This document shows positions 16,816 to 27,106 of a stretch of DNA of 64,000 nucleotides, piece after piece. The DNA is from Clostridia bacterium (lineage in GTDB: Bacteria > Bacillota > Clostridia > Oscillospirales > CAG-272): assembly GCA_017483195.1 (NCBI GenBank), contig JAFULR010000016.1:7169-71168 (forward strand). The letters are read 5' to 3'. A model generated the notes under the pieces. That model was not told where the DNA came from and searched no databases. It saw nothing but the letters and a program-made list of their open reading frames with translations. The translations under genes were made by a program, and so were the position numbers. Numbering within the stretch: the first letter of the stretch is position 1; each line of letters starts with the position of its first letter.

Positions 16816-17076
16816 CGCTTGGTTTGATCGGATTCGGCGCAAATTTTCGATAATTCACGGGTGAATTATCGGTTTTGAAGCTCCGATATCATCCTTACAC
16901 GCGAGCGTGACGGCTGATATCGATACGAAAAATCAAATCGAGGATTTGATTTTTATAAAATTTGCTTTATCGGTGCATATCCGTTTATATGCGAAGCAAA
17001 TGAAATTTACAATTATTGTGACCTCAAATGTAATAGTGCATTTGAGGTCATTTCAGATTATGAAAGGAGGATACCG

Positions 17077-19305
17077 ATGGCTAAAAAGGCATATGAAGTA
17101 ATTGACGAAAACGGAATATCCATGCTTGAAGGCTCTGTTGAGGGGATAATATATTCCAATGAAGAAAACGGATATACCATTCTTGAGCTTGTCACAGACA
17201 AAAATGAGCTTGTCACGGCGGTCGGTATTATGCCTTACGTCGGAGAGGGTGAAAGCCTCAAGGTTTACGGAAAATGGGTACATAATCCAAAGTACGGCAG
17301 GCAGTTTTCCGTTTCATCTTATGAAAAGGTAATGCCTGCGGACGAGGTGTCAATACTCAGATACCTTGCTTCGGGTGCTATCAAGGGTATAGGACCTAAA
17401 ACTGCGCAGAGAATAGTTGACGTTTACGGCAAGGACACCTTCGACGTTATAGAAAACCACCCCGAATGGCTCGCGGAAATATCGGGAATAACTCCTAAAA
17501 AGGCGCGTCAGATCGGTGAGGAATTTCAGAAGAGCGCGGGAATGCGAAGCACGATGATGTTTTTCCGCGAATTTTTCGGCGCGGCACTTACAATGAAGAT
17601 CTATAAGCGATTTGGCGCGAAAAGCGTTGAGCTTGCAAAGGAAAACCCGTATATACTATGTGAGGAGATAGACGGCATAGGCTTTGAAAAGGCTGACGGA
17701 ATGGCGCGCTCGCTCGGATTTTCCGCAGAAGGACTTGAGAGAATAAGCTCCGGTATTATCTATATGATGCGATACAGGATCACGCAGAACGGCCACGTTT
17801 GCTTGCCGGAGGATCTGCTCATATCAAGCGCGGCAAAGCTGCTTGAGGTGGGTGAGGACGCAATAATCGCTTCTCTTGCGTTGCTTACGTCACAGAACAA
17901 AATAAGAAGCGTAAAGCGCGAAGGCGTTAAATATATTTACGAAAAGGAGAGCTACGACTCGGAAAAATACATCGCTCGTAAGCTCGACCTCATAGATAAG
18001 GTCTGCGCATCGGTCGGTGTTCAGGATATGCAGGCATTTATCAGCCGCGAGGAGAGAAAGAGCGGCATTGAATACGCACCGCTACAGAAAAAGGCGATAG
18101 CGGCGTCACTTGAGGACGGCGTTATGATACTTACGGGCGGCCCCGGAACGGGTAAGACCACCGTAGTTCGCGCGCTTATAGAAATATTTGACAGTATGGG
18201 ACTTGACGTAGCCCTCGCCGCTCCCACGGGACGCGCCGCGAACCGTATGAGTGAGGCTACGAGCCGCGAGGCAAAGACGATACACCGCCTTCTTGAGATG
18301 GATTTTTCCGAGAATATATACGGAAAATTCAACCGTGACGAGAATAATCTTCTCGACGAGGACGTTATTATCGTGGACGAAGCATCAATGATAGACCAAA
18401 ATCTGATGTGCGCGCTGCTTAAAGCTATAAAGCCGGGAGCAAGACTTATAATAATTGGCGACAGTGATCAGCTGCCAAGCGTTGGAGCGGGAAATGTTTT
18501 GCGCGATCTGATCGATAGCGGCAGATTTTCCACCATCAGACTCAATGAAATTTTTCGTCAGGCATCCGAGAGCCTGATTGTTACCAATGCCCACGAGATC
18601 AATGCGGGAAGGATGCCGGAGCTTTCCGTCAAGGATAAGGATTTCTTCTTCCTTCCTAGGCAGAGCGATGCGGAGATCGCTTTCACTGTGGGAGATCTTT
18701 GTAAAAACAGACTTCCAAAGGCTTACGGAACGCGACTTACCGCAAATATGCAGGTCATCTCACCCTCGCGAAAGGGCGAGGCAGGTACGGAAAACCTTAA
18801 CGTTTTACTTCAGAACACATTGAATCCCGAGCAATTCGGTAAGAAGGAATACAAATACCGTCAGACCGTTTTCCGTCAGGGCGACAGGGTTATGCAGACT
18901 AAGAATAATTACGATCTTGAGTGGAAAAGGGATGACGGAACAAACGGAAACGGTGTTTTCAACGGTGATATCGGATTTATTTACGATATTGATTTCAAGG
19001 AACAGTTCATGGAGATCGTTTTCGAGGACCGATGTGTAAAATATGACTTTTCCTACCTTGAGGAGCTTGAGCATGCCTATGCTATAACGGTTCATAAAAG
19101 TCAGGGAAGTGAGTACCCAATAGTAATCATTCCCGCGTATAGCGCCCCCCATATGCTTTTAACAAGAAACATGCTCTATACCGCGGTAACAAGAGCACAG
19201 AATATGGTCATTATCGTCGGGCGTGAGGATATAGTCAAAACAATGGTCGATAATAATAGACAGTCCTTGCGATACACGGGGCTTGCGCGCCTTTTCGAAG
19301 TGTGA
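17077..19305 (+). CDS. recD2: ATP-dependent RecD2-like DNA helicase
   Basis: HhH GIGPKTA, Walker A TGGPGTGKTT, DEASM, GDSDQLPSVGAG, AYAITVHKSQGSEY, LYTAVTRA. Confidence 0.96.
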   Translation: MAKKAYEVIDENGISMLEGSVEGIIYSNEENGYTILELVTDKNELVTAVGIMPYVGEGESLKVYGKWVHNPKYGRQFSVSSYEKVMPADEVSILRYLASGAIKGIGPKTAQRIVDVYGKDTFDVIENHPEWLAEISGITPKKARQIGEEFQKSAGMRSTMMFFREFFGAALTMKIYKRFGAKSVELAKENPYILCEEIDGIGFEKADGMARSLGFSAEGLERISSGIIYMMRYRITQNGHVCLPEDLLISSAAKLLEVGEDAIIASLALLTSQNKIRSVKREGVKYIYEKESYDSEKYIARKLDLIDKVCASVGVQDMQAFISREERKSGIEYAPLQKKAIAASLEDGVMILTGGPGTGKTTVVRALIEIFDSMGLDVALAAPTGRAANRMSEATSREAKTIHRLLEMDFSENIYGKFNRDENNLLDEDVIIVDEASMIDQNLMCALLKAIKPGARLIIIGDSDQLPSVGAGNVLRDLIDSGRFSTIRLNEIFRQASESLIVTNAHEINAGRMPELSVKDKDFFFLPRQSDAEIAFTVGDLCKNRLPKAYGTRLTANMQVISPSRKGEAGTENLNVLLQNTLNPEQFGKKEYKYRQTVFRQGDRVMQTKNNYDLEWKRDDGTNGNGVFNGDIGFIYDIDFKEQFMEIVFEDRCVKYDFSYLEELEHAYAITVHKSQGSEYPIVIIPAYSAPHMLLTRNMLYTAVTRAQNMVIIVGREDIVKTMVDNNRQSLRYTGLARLFEV

Positions 19306-19306
19306 T

Positions 19307-20098
19307 ATGGGATTTATCGATCTAATAGAGAACCTTGTCTTTCCACCGAAATGCGCAAATTGCGGCGAGCTTTTAAACGTTGAGCTTGCGAAAAAGCAAA
19401 CAGAGGCTCTTTGCGTGGCTTGCAGGGCACAGCTTGAATCGGAAAAGGCTATCGAATGTCAGCGCTGCGGACTTCAGATGAGGTTTTGCCGCTGTATGCC
19501 TAAAAAGATGGAAAAGGCACAGTGTACAGCCCTCTTAAAGCTCGTTTTGTACAGACCTGCCGACGATAAAATGAAGATCAAGCCATTTATATACTCTATA
19601 AAGCACTCATATAATAAGGTTAGCTTCAAATTTGTTGCCGAGCAGATGAGGGAGCTTCTTATCCCCGAAATGAGAGCATATTCTCTTGCGCCAAAGGATT
19701 GTGTTATCGCGTATATGCCGCGCTCCCATAAAAATAAGGCACAGGACGGCTTTGACCAAAGCCTTGGGATGGCTAAGGAGCTTTCTGAAATTACGGGGAT
19801 CGAGCTTGTGCGCTGCTTTAAACGAAAAATATTTTCCAAGCAGCAAAGAGATCTAAATCGGTTTGAGCGCCAGCTTAATATGTCCTCAGCATACGAATTA
19901 CTCGATGTTGATGATAAAATAAAGGATAAAACGGCGATACTCGTTGACGATATCGTCACCACTGGCTCTTCAATGGCGGCGTGCGCAAGATTACTTTATT
20001 CGGAGGGAGCTTACTCGGTTTTTGGAGTGAGTATAGGGATCACCGAAAAAAGCAAAAAAATAAAGCACAAAACGATTGATTTGTTTGTATTTTTATGA
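19307..20098 (+). CDS. comF: ComF family double zinc-ribbon / phosphoribosyltransferase protein
   Basis: FPPKCANCG...CxxC zinc ribbons and ILVDDIVTTGSS PRT motif; follows recD2. Confidence 0.85.
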   Translation: MGFIDLIENLVFPPKCANCGELLNVELAKKQTEALCVACRAQLESEKAIECQRCGLQMRFCRCMPKKMEKAQCTALLKLVLYRPADDKMKIKPFIYSIKHSYNKVSFKFVAEQMRELLIPEMRAYSLAPKDCVIAYMPRSHKNKAQDGFDQSLGMAKELSEITGIELVRCFKRKIFSKQQRDLNRFERQLNMSSAYELLDVDDKIKDKTAILVDDIVTTGSSMAACARLLYSEGAYSVFGVSIGITEKSKKIKHKTIDLFVFL

Positions 20099-20138
20099 TA
20101 CAATAATACAGATATGTTATTTGACAGGAGGGAACGGA

Positions 20139-21164
20139 ATGTTTGACTTTACAACCGATATTGGAATAGACCTTGGAACGTCGTCCGTTCTCGTCTATGT
20201 TAAAGATAAGGGAATAGTTCTTCGTGAGCCGAGCGTAGTCGCTATCGATAATAATACGGGCAATATAGTTCGCATTGGCAAAGAGGCTCAGCAAATGGTC
20301 GGCAGAGCGCCCGAAAACGTTTCCATTGTTCGCCCAATAAAGGATGGAGTTATCAGTCAGTACAGCGCCACTCTCAAAATGCTTCAGCATTTTATAAAGG
20401 AATCCTGCGGCTCGGTGTTTGTGCGTCCGAGAGTAATGATCTGTGTGCCGTCCGAGATAAGCGAGGCGGAGGAGATGACCATTATGAACGCGGTCAACCA
20501 GGCAGGAGCGCGTCAGACCATACTTATCGAGGAGCCGGTTGCCGCCGCCATCGGAGCGGGCATAAATATCGATGCTCCCGAGGGGCATATGGTTGTTGAT
20601 ATTGGCGGAGGCACTACGGATATCGCGGTTATTTCCTATGGCGGAGTTGTTGTTTCAAAATCCGTAAGGATAGCGGGCAACGAGCTTGACGAGGCTATTA
20701 TGTCCTATATGAGAAAGCACTATAAGGTGCTTATCGGAGAGCGCACCGCAGAGGAGATCAAAATAAAGGTCGGCAAGGTGTTTGACGTTCCGTCGAAAAA
20801 GCCCACCGAGATCAAGGTGAAGGGAAGATGCCTTGTTAAGGGCTTGCCCAAGGTTGTCAACTTCAGTGCAAATGAAACACTCGATGCTATTATGGAGCCG
20901 CTCACGGCAATAATTGATACGATCTGTCACGTTATAGAGCAAACACCCCCTGAGCTTTTGGGTGACGTTTATAAAAACGGCATTACGCTTACGGGCGGCG
21001 GAGCAAAGCTGACAGGACTTGATAAGCTTATAGAAAAGACCACGGGACTTCGCGCCCGTGTTGCGAGCGATCCGATTTCGTGCGTTGCCCTCGGAGAGGG
21101 AAAATCGCTTGAAAACCTTGAAAACGGCGCACTTGGATTTCTTGGCAGCTTTGGAAACAGTTAA
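20139..21164 (+). CDS. MreB/Mbl family actin-like rod shape protein
   Basis: DIGIDLGTSS, EPSVVA, EEPVAAAIGAG, VDIGGGTTDIAV, IGERTAEEIK, LTGGGA. Confidence 0.92.
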   Translation: MFDFTTDIGIDLGTSSVLVYVKDKGIVLREPSVVAIDNNTGNIVRIGKEAQQMVGRAPENVSIVRPIKDGVISQYSATLKMLQHFIKESCGSVFVRPRVMICVPSEISEAEEMTIMNAVNQAGARQTILIEEPVAAAIGAGINIDAPEGHMVVDIGGGTTDIAVISYGGVVVSKSVRIAGNELDEAIMSYMRKHYKVLIGERTAEEIKIKVGKVFDVPSKKPTEIKVKGRCLVKGLPKVVNFSANETLDAIMEPLTAIIDTICHVIEQTPPELLGDVYKNGITLTGGGAKLTGLDKLIEKTTGLRARVASDPISCVALGEGKSLENLENGALGFLGSFGNS

Positions 21165-21220
21165 TTTAAAAATCACGAGGAGTGCTTCTTCGTGATTTTT
21201 TGAAAAAAGGAGATGGATTT

Positions 21221-22666
21221 ATGGTTGAACAGATGGTTACAAAGGGTTATAGCCCCCAAAAGGTACTTGCTTATTTTGAGGAGCTTTGTAAGATTCCTCA
21301 CGGCTCCGGAAATGAGGAAGAGGTTGCAAAATATATAGAAAATTTTGCGCGTGAGCGCGAGCTTTTCGTTATAAGAGATAAAAATAATAACGTGTTTATA
21401 AGAAAAGAGGCTACCGCGGGATATGAGAATGCGCCTGCGTATCTTCTTCAGGGACATACGGATATGGTCTGCGCCAAGGAGACCTCATCTGCGCACGATT
21501 TTGAGCGCGACGCACTCCACCTTTATATGGAAAACGGTTGGTTAAGAGCAAGAGGAACAACACTTGGCGGCGATGACGGTATTGCCGTTGCGTTTATGCT
21601 TGCGCTTCTTGACGGTGAGATAGAGGAGCATCCCACACTCGAGTGCCTTTTCACCACAGAGGAGGAAACGGGACTTGGCGGTGCTGAGAGCTTTGATTAT
21701 TCCGTGGTTACGGCTAAAAGAATGATCAATCTCGACTCCGAAAGCGAGGGTGAGGTCTGTGCGGGATGCGCAGGCGGCGTAAGAAGCAAGATAAGCTTTA
21801 CGCCCACGCTCCAAAAATCAAGCGGCGATATCATCACTCTTTCCATTGACGGACTTTTCGGCGGTCACTCGGGAGTTGAGATCAACTGCGGCAGAGCAAA
21901 TGCTATCATTATGGCTGCAAATATTCTTTTTGAAATTTCAAATGAACAGGAGCTTGATCTTGTTTCTCTTGTTGGTGGTGAAAAGGATAATGCTATTCCG
22001 CGTATGTGCGAGGCAAAATTCGTAGTTGAGGATTCCGAAAAGGCTGTTGATCTGATCGAGGAGCTTGATTCTAAAATCAGAGAAGAACTTTGTGAGGCTG
22101 ACGCGGGACTTAAAATATCCGTTTGCGTTGAAAATGACGTAGAAGACGTTGATACCTTGGTCGAGGGAGCGAAGCTGATCGAAATGCTTGAAAATATAAA
22201 GGTAGGCGTGCTTAGTATGAGCGCACATCTTGAGGGACTTGTTGAATGTTCAAGAAACCTCGGCGTCATTGAGGTGAACGGAGAGAGTGCATATATTACC
22301 TATTCCTCGCGCTCAGCAAAGGAAGAGCAGATCGAGCTCTCAATTGCTCAGGTGAACGAGCAGGTGGAAGCGCTCGGCGCGAGCGTTCGTCACACGGGCA
22401 GATATCCCGGTTGGGATTTCATTCCCGAAAGCGAGCTTCGTGACACTTACGTTAAAAAGTTCAAGGAAATTATGGGTAAGGATGTGCAGACTGTTGTTAT
22501 CCACGCAGGACTTGAATGCGGTATCATCAAGAGCCGTATTCCCGATATGGATATCATCTCGGTCGGTCCTAATATGAGAAACATCCATACTCCCGACGAA
22601 GCGCTTCAGCTTGAAAGCTGCGAAAGACTTTTCACCGTTCTTAAAGCGGTTCTTTCAAATAAATAA
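21221..22666 (+). CDS. pepD: Aminoacyl-histidine dipeptidase (M20C)
   Basis: QGHTDMVC, LGGDDGI, TEEETG, NLDSE, GGHSG, HAGLECG, IHTPDE. Confidence 0.93.
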   Translation: MVEQMVTKGYSPQKVLAYFEELCKIPHGSGNEEEVAKYIENFARERELFVIRDKNNNVFIRKEATAGYENAPAYLLQGHTDMVCAKETSSAHDFERDALHLYMENGWLRARGTTLGGDDGIAVAFMLALLDGEIEEHPTLECLFTTEEETGLGGAESFDYSVVTAKRMINLDSESEGEVCAGCAGGVRSKISFTPTLQKSSGDIITLSIDGLFGGHSGVEINCGRANAIIMAANILFEISNEQELDLVSLVGGEKDNAIPRMCEAKFVVEDSEKAVDLIEELDSKIREELCEADAGLKISVCVENDVEDVDTLVEGAKLIEMLENIKVGVLSMSAHLEGLVECSRNLGVIEVNGESAYITYSSRSAKEEQIELSIAQVNEQVEALGASVRHTGRYPGWDFIPESELRDTYVKKFKEIMGKDVQTVVIHAGLECGIIKSRIPDMDIISVGPNMRNIHTPDEALQLESCERLFTVLKAVLSNK

Positions 22667-22673
22667 ATTCACA

Positions 22674-22705
22674 AAAAAGCAGAAGGCATCGCCTTCTGCT
22701 TTTTT
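22674..22705. terminator. Bidirectional terminator after pepD
   Basis: AAAAAGCAGAAGGC-atc-GCCTTCTGCTTTTT. Confidence 0.8.
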
Positions 22706-22734
22706 ATAATTTAAAATTTGCACAAACCCACTTG

Positions 22735-23045
22735 TTGTTTCGTCCACCTTTTCAAAGGTGGCGCCCTGCGCGTAGCAGAGCCGCGCGGCTCGAGCGCAAC
22801 AGCGTTTCTTTTTGGGAACTTTTTCTTTGCGCTTATTTCGTCAAAGAAAAAGTGGATAAACGGTAAATAGTTACTAAGATTAGTGGCTCTGTTTTTAGAT
22901 AGCGAAGCTCTTTAACGCTTTTTCTTTTGAGACAACAGGCACAAAAGAAAAAGCTTGGCAAAAAGAAAATGCCGAGATGCGCTCACGCCGCGCGGCGCCA
23001 CTACTCGTGGAGAGCCCGCTTTTGAAAAAGCGGGGCAAAACAATC
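22735..23045. repeat. Degenerate palindromic intergenic repeat cluster
   Basis: Two oppositely oriented units similar to the one at 16630-16815. Confidence 0.5.
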
Positions 23046-23230
23046 GCATTGGCTTGTGCGAACAAGGTGCGCTCTAAACCCAAATTCCGATTCCAATTTC
23101 GCCACCTCGAAAAAAGTCGATAAAAAGTTTTAATAAAGTAAAAAAAGGACTACACAAAAACGATATTATATGTTATAATATAGAATGAATTATAATGAAA
23201 AGTTTACTCTTTTTCAGAAAGGGGCTTAAA

Positions 23231-24112
23231 ATGAGAGAAAATAATTACAAAAATAACGGAAAAAACAAGAATTTTAATAAAAAAGACGTAAGCGTGTCGC
23301 GTCGTGACGATCGCGATGCCGCAAAGAGCAAAAAGCAATACTACAAGGAACCCGTAGAGATGGACGAGGGTGAGCTTGGCGGTCTTGTTATAGGAAGAAA
23401 TGCCGTTCGTGAGCTTCTTAAAAGCGGAAGAGCGGTGGATAAGCTTCTTGTAAGCAAGGGCGACCGCGAGGGCTCCATCGTTGTTCTCGTCGCGCAGGCG
23501 ATTGAGCGCGGAATTCCCGTTGTTGAGGTGGATCGTGCAAAGCTTGACGGTATGGCAGGTATGAGTCAGCACCAGGGTGTTATAGCTATGGCGGCGGAAA
23601 AGGAGTATTGCTCTGTTGAGGATCTCCTTGAGATCGCTCGTGAGAGAGGAGAGGCGCCCCTTATCGTTATTTCCGACGGTATTACCGACCCCTATAATCT
23701 CGGCTCGCTTATCCGTTGCGCCGAGGGAGTTGGCGCGCACGGACTCATCATTCCCAAACGCAGAGCATCGGGCCTTACACCCCTTGTATCAAAGTCGAGC
23801 GCGGGCGCTATCGAGCATCTTGCGGTTGCAAAGGTGTCTAATATCGCGCAGACCATCGAGGAGCTTAAGGAGCAAAACATCTGGGTCTATGCGGCAGAGG
23901 CAGGGGGACAGGCTTATTACGATACCGATTTCACGGGCGGATGCGCTATAGTTTTCGGAAGCGAGGGTGAGGGCGTTTCACAGCTTGTTAAGCAGAGAAG
24001 CGACGTTATAGTTTCAATACCCATGTACGGACACGTTAATTCATTTAACGTTTCAACTGCCGCTGCGGTTATTCTTGCAGAGGCTTCAAAGCAACACAGA
24101 AAAGGAAAATAA
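23231..24112 (+). CDS. rlmB: 23S rRNA (Gm2251) 2'-O-methyltransferase, TrmH/SpoU family
   Basis: GRNAVRE, HQGVIA, DPYNLGSLIR, GSEGEGVS, SFNVSTAAA. Confidence 0.93.
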   Translation: MRENNYKNNGKNKNFNKKDVSVSRRDDRDAAKSKKQYYKEPVEMDEGELGGLVIGRNAVRELLKSGRAVDKLLVSKGDREGSIVVLVAQAIERGIPVVEVDRAKLDGMAGMSQHQGVIAMAAEKEYCSVEDLLEIARERGEAPLIVISDGITDPYNLGSLIRCAEGVGAHGLIIPKRRASGLTPLVSKSSAGAIEHLAVAKVSNIAQTIEELKEQNIWVYAAEAGGQAYYDTDFTGGCAIVFGSEGEGVSQLVKQRSDVIVSIPMYGHVNSFNVSTAAAVILAEASKQHRKGK

Positions 24113-24151
24113 TACTTTTTTATGATAAATTTTGAAAAGGAGGTAATTTGA

Positions 24152-27094
24152 GTGACGGACATCAATAATGACGACGTAAAAAAACTGCTTGAAATGCTCA
24201 AGGAGCATACCGAGCAGCCGGCTGAAGATAAAACAAATACTCAGACTACCGATAATTCCATACATTCCGACGATGATATAAAGAATATGCTTAAAAAGCA
24301 TTTTTCTGCAGGAGAAAGTGTGGATACTTTTGAAACGGGAGAGGATTATTCCTTTGAGACCGTTGATTTCGGAAGGATCGATGACGATATAATTACAAGC
24401 GAGATAGTTACCGAGGAAACCGTGGATGCTGCGGGTGAGATCCCCCTCACAGAGGAATCGGATGCTTCGCTTGAGGAGCAGCTCACTGAAGTGCCCAATG
24501 AATACGAACCCTCCGAGCCTGAAGAAGATCAGTCGGAGATGCTTGAATTAAATAGTGAAGAGTCCAAGAGCGAGCCCACCATGATAGAAGAGGTATTTTC
24601 TTCAGCTGAGGCTTTCGAAGAGGAGAAGATCGACACTTCCGAGAATCGGGTTGATGAATCCGTTTCCGAATCTCTTGAAAATGATTCTGATGAGGTGGAA
24701 GAAGCGGTTGAGCAGGTAACTCTTGAAACAGAGGAGAAAATCGTTGACGAGATCGTTTCCGAGATCGTTGAAGAGAGAATCGAAAAAGAAGTCGAAGAAG
24801 ATTTCGAAGAGGCTGTGACAGAGGATGATATTCCCAATGATGTTCCTGCTGAAGAGCCCTCCGCACCTGAAGAAGAGGTGATAAATACCGAAGCAGAGTA
24901 TATCGAAGAGCCCATAGCGGAGCAGTCGATAGATTATGATGAGGTCCTTGAGGGACAGCAGGGAACTGTATTCAATGAATTCGTCGAGGACTTTTCGGGT
25001 GATCTTGAGGACGTTGTATTTGAGGCGGAGATCACGGAAAGCCGAGCTCCCGATAAGCAGTACACAATCTTTGAGGATTGGGAAAAGCTTATGAAGGATA
25101 AGAGCTACAGCACCGCCGAGGACGGTATAATCCCCCCGGAGGACGTAGAGCTTGATGAAGGATCTGATGCTTCGCGTAAAGCGAGCGGAAATACGGACTA
25201 TTTCAATCCCGTTACAAGTGCCGATCTCGATGCCGTGGATATTGCGCTTATGGTTGCGCTCGGCGGCGAGAGTGAGCTTAATCAGACTGTTGGATTTGAA
25301 AAAATCCGCCAGGCAGTTCACGAGGACGAGGATAAAACAGAGGACGTTCTCAAAAATAAAAAGATATACGGATTTTGCGGAGAGGAATATCGCTCTCTTG
25401 CGCAGAATGCAGATATAAAGAAAAAATACAATAGCGATAAAATAAAGGTGATTGTTCAAACCGTGGGCACGGCTGTTTTGGCTCTTATGCTTCTCATTTA
25501 TGAGATGACGGGCTGGTCCGGATACGAGCTTCCCTCGATCTTCAGCGTTTACGAGCATCCCGAGCTTTACGTGCTTGCGGGACTTCAGCTTGCGTTCTTC
25601 TGCGCGCTGATCTCATATCATAAGTTTACAAAGCTGTTTAAACGAATATTTGATTTTTCATCGGTATCCTTTATAGCGGCGCTTGTAACCCTTGTGCTCA
25701 ATTTGGTTCACGACGTTTTGATAATCGCAATGGGATACGTTGATCCTAATATCACCTTCCATTCATTCACGGCAAGCCTGTTCCTTTTGAGCTTGGTTTA
25801 CGATCTTTTCGACGTACTCCAGCAGAGCGCGGTGTTTGGAGTTGTATCAACAAGCGAGAAAAAGCTGGTGCTTGAGCCTTACGGCAAGCTCAGAGTGGAT
25901 GATAACGACTATAACGCAACGGGAGAGATCATAGATAATGATAGCTATTGCATTTCCCGTGTGCCCACCGTTAGCAAATTTTTTGAGCATGTGTCCCAAA
26001 GCACCCAGGGTGCTATGAGCAAGCTTGTATCCGTAATACTCAGCTTTTCCGTGGCGCTTTGCGTAATGATAGTTCTTCTTATAATGAATGAGAACTATAC
26101 AACCTTTATTCCTGCGTTTATAATCACGCTTTCCTTCTCTTTGGTGTGCGTTTCCGTGCTTGAGAGTGAATTTGCTTATTTTGTGGTACATAAGATACTT
26201 AAAAAGCACAAAACAGGAATTATAGGAAAGGCGAGCGTTGCCGAATACGGAAAATGTAATATAGTTTATTTCGACGATTACAACGTATTTAATAAAAAAA
26301 GCGTAAGGACGAAGGGCCTTAAGCTATATGATAATAATGAGATCTATCGCGTGCTTTATCACACGCAGGCGGTGTTCTCAAAGGTTGGCGGCCCACTTAA
26401 AGCGGTGTTTGAATTTGCCACGTCCGAGATGATGCACTCCAAGAGTGTAGAGATCAAGGAGATAGGCAAGGAGGGTATCGTAGCTCTCGTTGACGGAAAG
26501 ACGTCCGTTCATATAGGAACGGGTGCGTTTATGAGGAGCAGAGGGATCCACCCAAGCTATACTGCGGCGGATGTTAAGGTCGAGGAGAGGGGCGAGGAGA
26601 GCATAATGTTTATAGCACTCAGCGGAAGACTCAGCGCAAAGCTCTACGTTACCTATCAGTTCTCGGCTGAATTTGAAAAGCTTGCGAGAAGACTTGCGGC
26701 TAAGGGTGTGGGCATTGGAATACGCTCTTGCGATCCCAACGTCAATAACAGATGGGCAAAGAGGTATTCAAGCATTAAAAAGCTTGATATCAGTATAGTC
26801 CGTCCCACACTTAAGGAAATGAAGCCCACGGAAAAATCAATCGACGGCGGCATTGTTTCCTCAAAGAACGTCCGCGCTCTTACAGAAGCTCTCATGATGT
26901 GCATCAAGCTCGATGGCTTTGAGGCACTTCTCAGCAAGCTCAGAGTTGCTTCCGTAGTTGTTATAGGCATACTTTCATTCGCCCTGGTGCTTTTCTCGGG
27001 CATTAATACAGTCAGTATGCTTGCGCTCATACTTGCTTGTGCGCTTTGCACTTCAATTATGATGCTTCTCACGTATTTCTATATCAAGCGTTAA
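24152..27094 (+). CDS. Large membrane protein: acidic low-complexity N-terminus plus a degenerate P1B-ATPase-like C-terminal half
   Basis: About 330 aa very rich in E/D, several TM helices, then IVYFDDYNV in place of VFDKTGT and an N-domain-like GIVALVDG...IGTGAFM. Confidence 0.6.
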   Translation: MTDINNDDVKKLLEMLKEHTEQPAEDKTNTQTTDNSIHSDDDIKNMLKKHFSAGESVDTFETGEDYSFETVDFGRIDDDIITSEIVTEETVDAAGEIPLTEESDASLEEQLTEVPNEYEPSEPEEDQSEMLELNSEESKSEPTMIEEVFSSAEAFEEEKIDTSENRVDESVSESLENDSDEVEEAVEQVTLETEEKIVDEIVSEIVEERIEKEVEEDFEEAVTEDDIPNDVPAEEPSAPEEEVINTEAEYIEEPIAEQSIDYDEVLEGQQGTVFNEFVEDFSGDLEDVVFEAEITESRAPDKQYTIFEDWEKLMKDKSYSTAEDGIIPPEDVELDEGSDASRKASGNTDYFNPVTSADLDAVDIALMVALGGESELNQTVGFEKIRQAVHEDEDKTEDVLKNKKIYGFCGEEYRSLAQNADIKKKYNSDKIKVIVQTVGTAVLALMLLIYEMTGWSGYELPSIFSVYEHPELYVLAGLQLAFFCALISYHKFTKLFKRIFDFSSVSFIAALVTLVLNLVHDVLIIAMGYVDPNITFHSFTASLFLLSLVYDLFDVLQQSAVFGVVSTSEKKLVLEPYGKLRVDDNDYNATGEIIDNDSYCISRVPTVSKFFEHVSQSTQGAMSKLVSVILSFSVALCVMIVLLIMNENYTTFIPAFIITLSFSLVCVSVLESEFAYFVVHKILKKHKTGIIGKASVAEYGKCNIVYFDDYNVFNKKSVRTKGLKLYDNNEIYRVLYHTQAVFSKVGGPLKAVFEFATSEMMHSKSVEIKEIGKEGIVALVDGKTSVHIGTGAFMRSRGIHPSYTAADVKVEERGEESIMFIALSGRLSAKLYVTYQFSAEFEKLARRLAAKGVGIGIRSCDPNVNNRWAKRYSSIKKLDISIVRPTLKEMKPTEKSIDGGIVSSKNVRALTEALMMCIKLDGFEALLSKLRVASVVVIGILSFALVLFSGINTVSMLALILACALCTSIMMLLTYFYIKR

Positions 27095-27106
27095 AACGGT
27101 GACATA

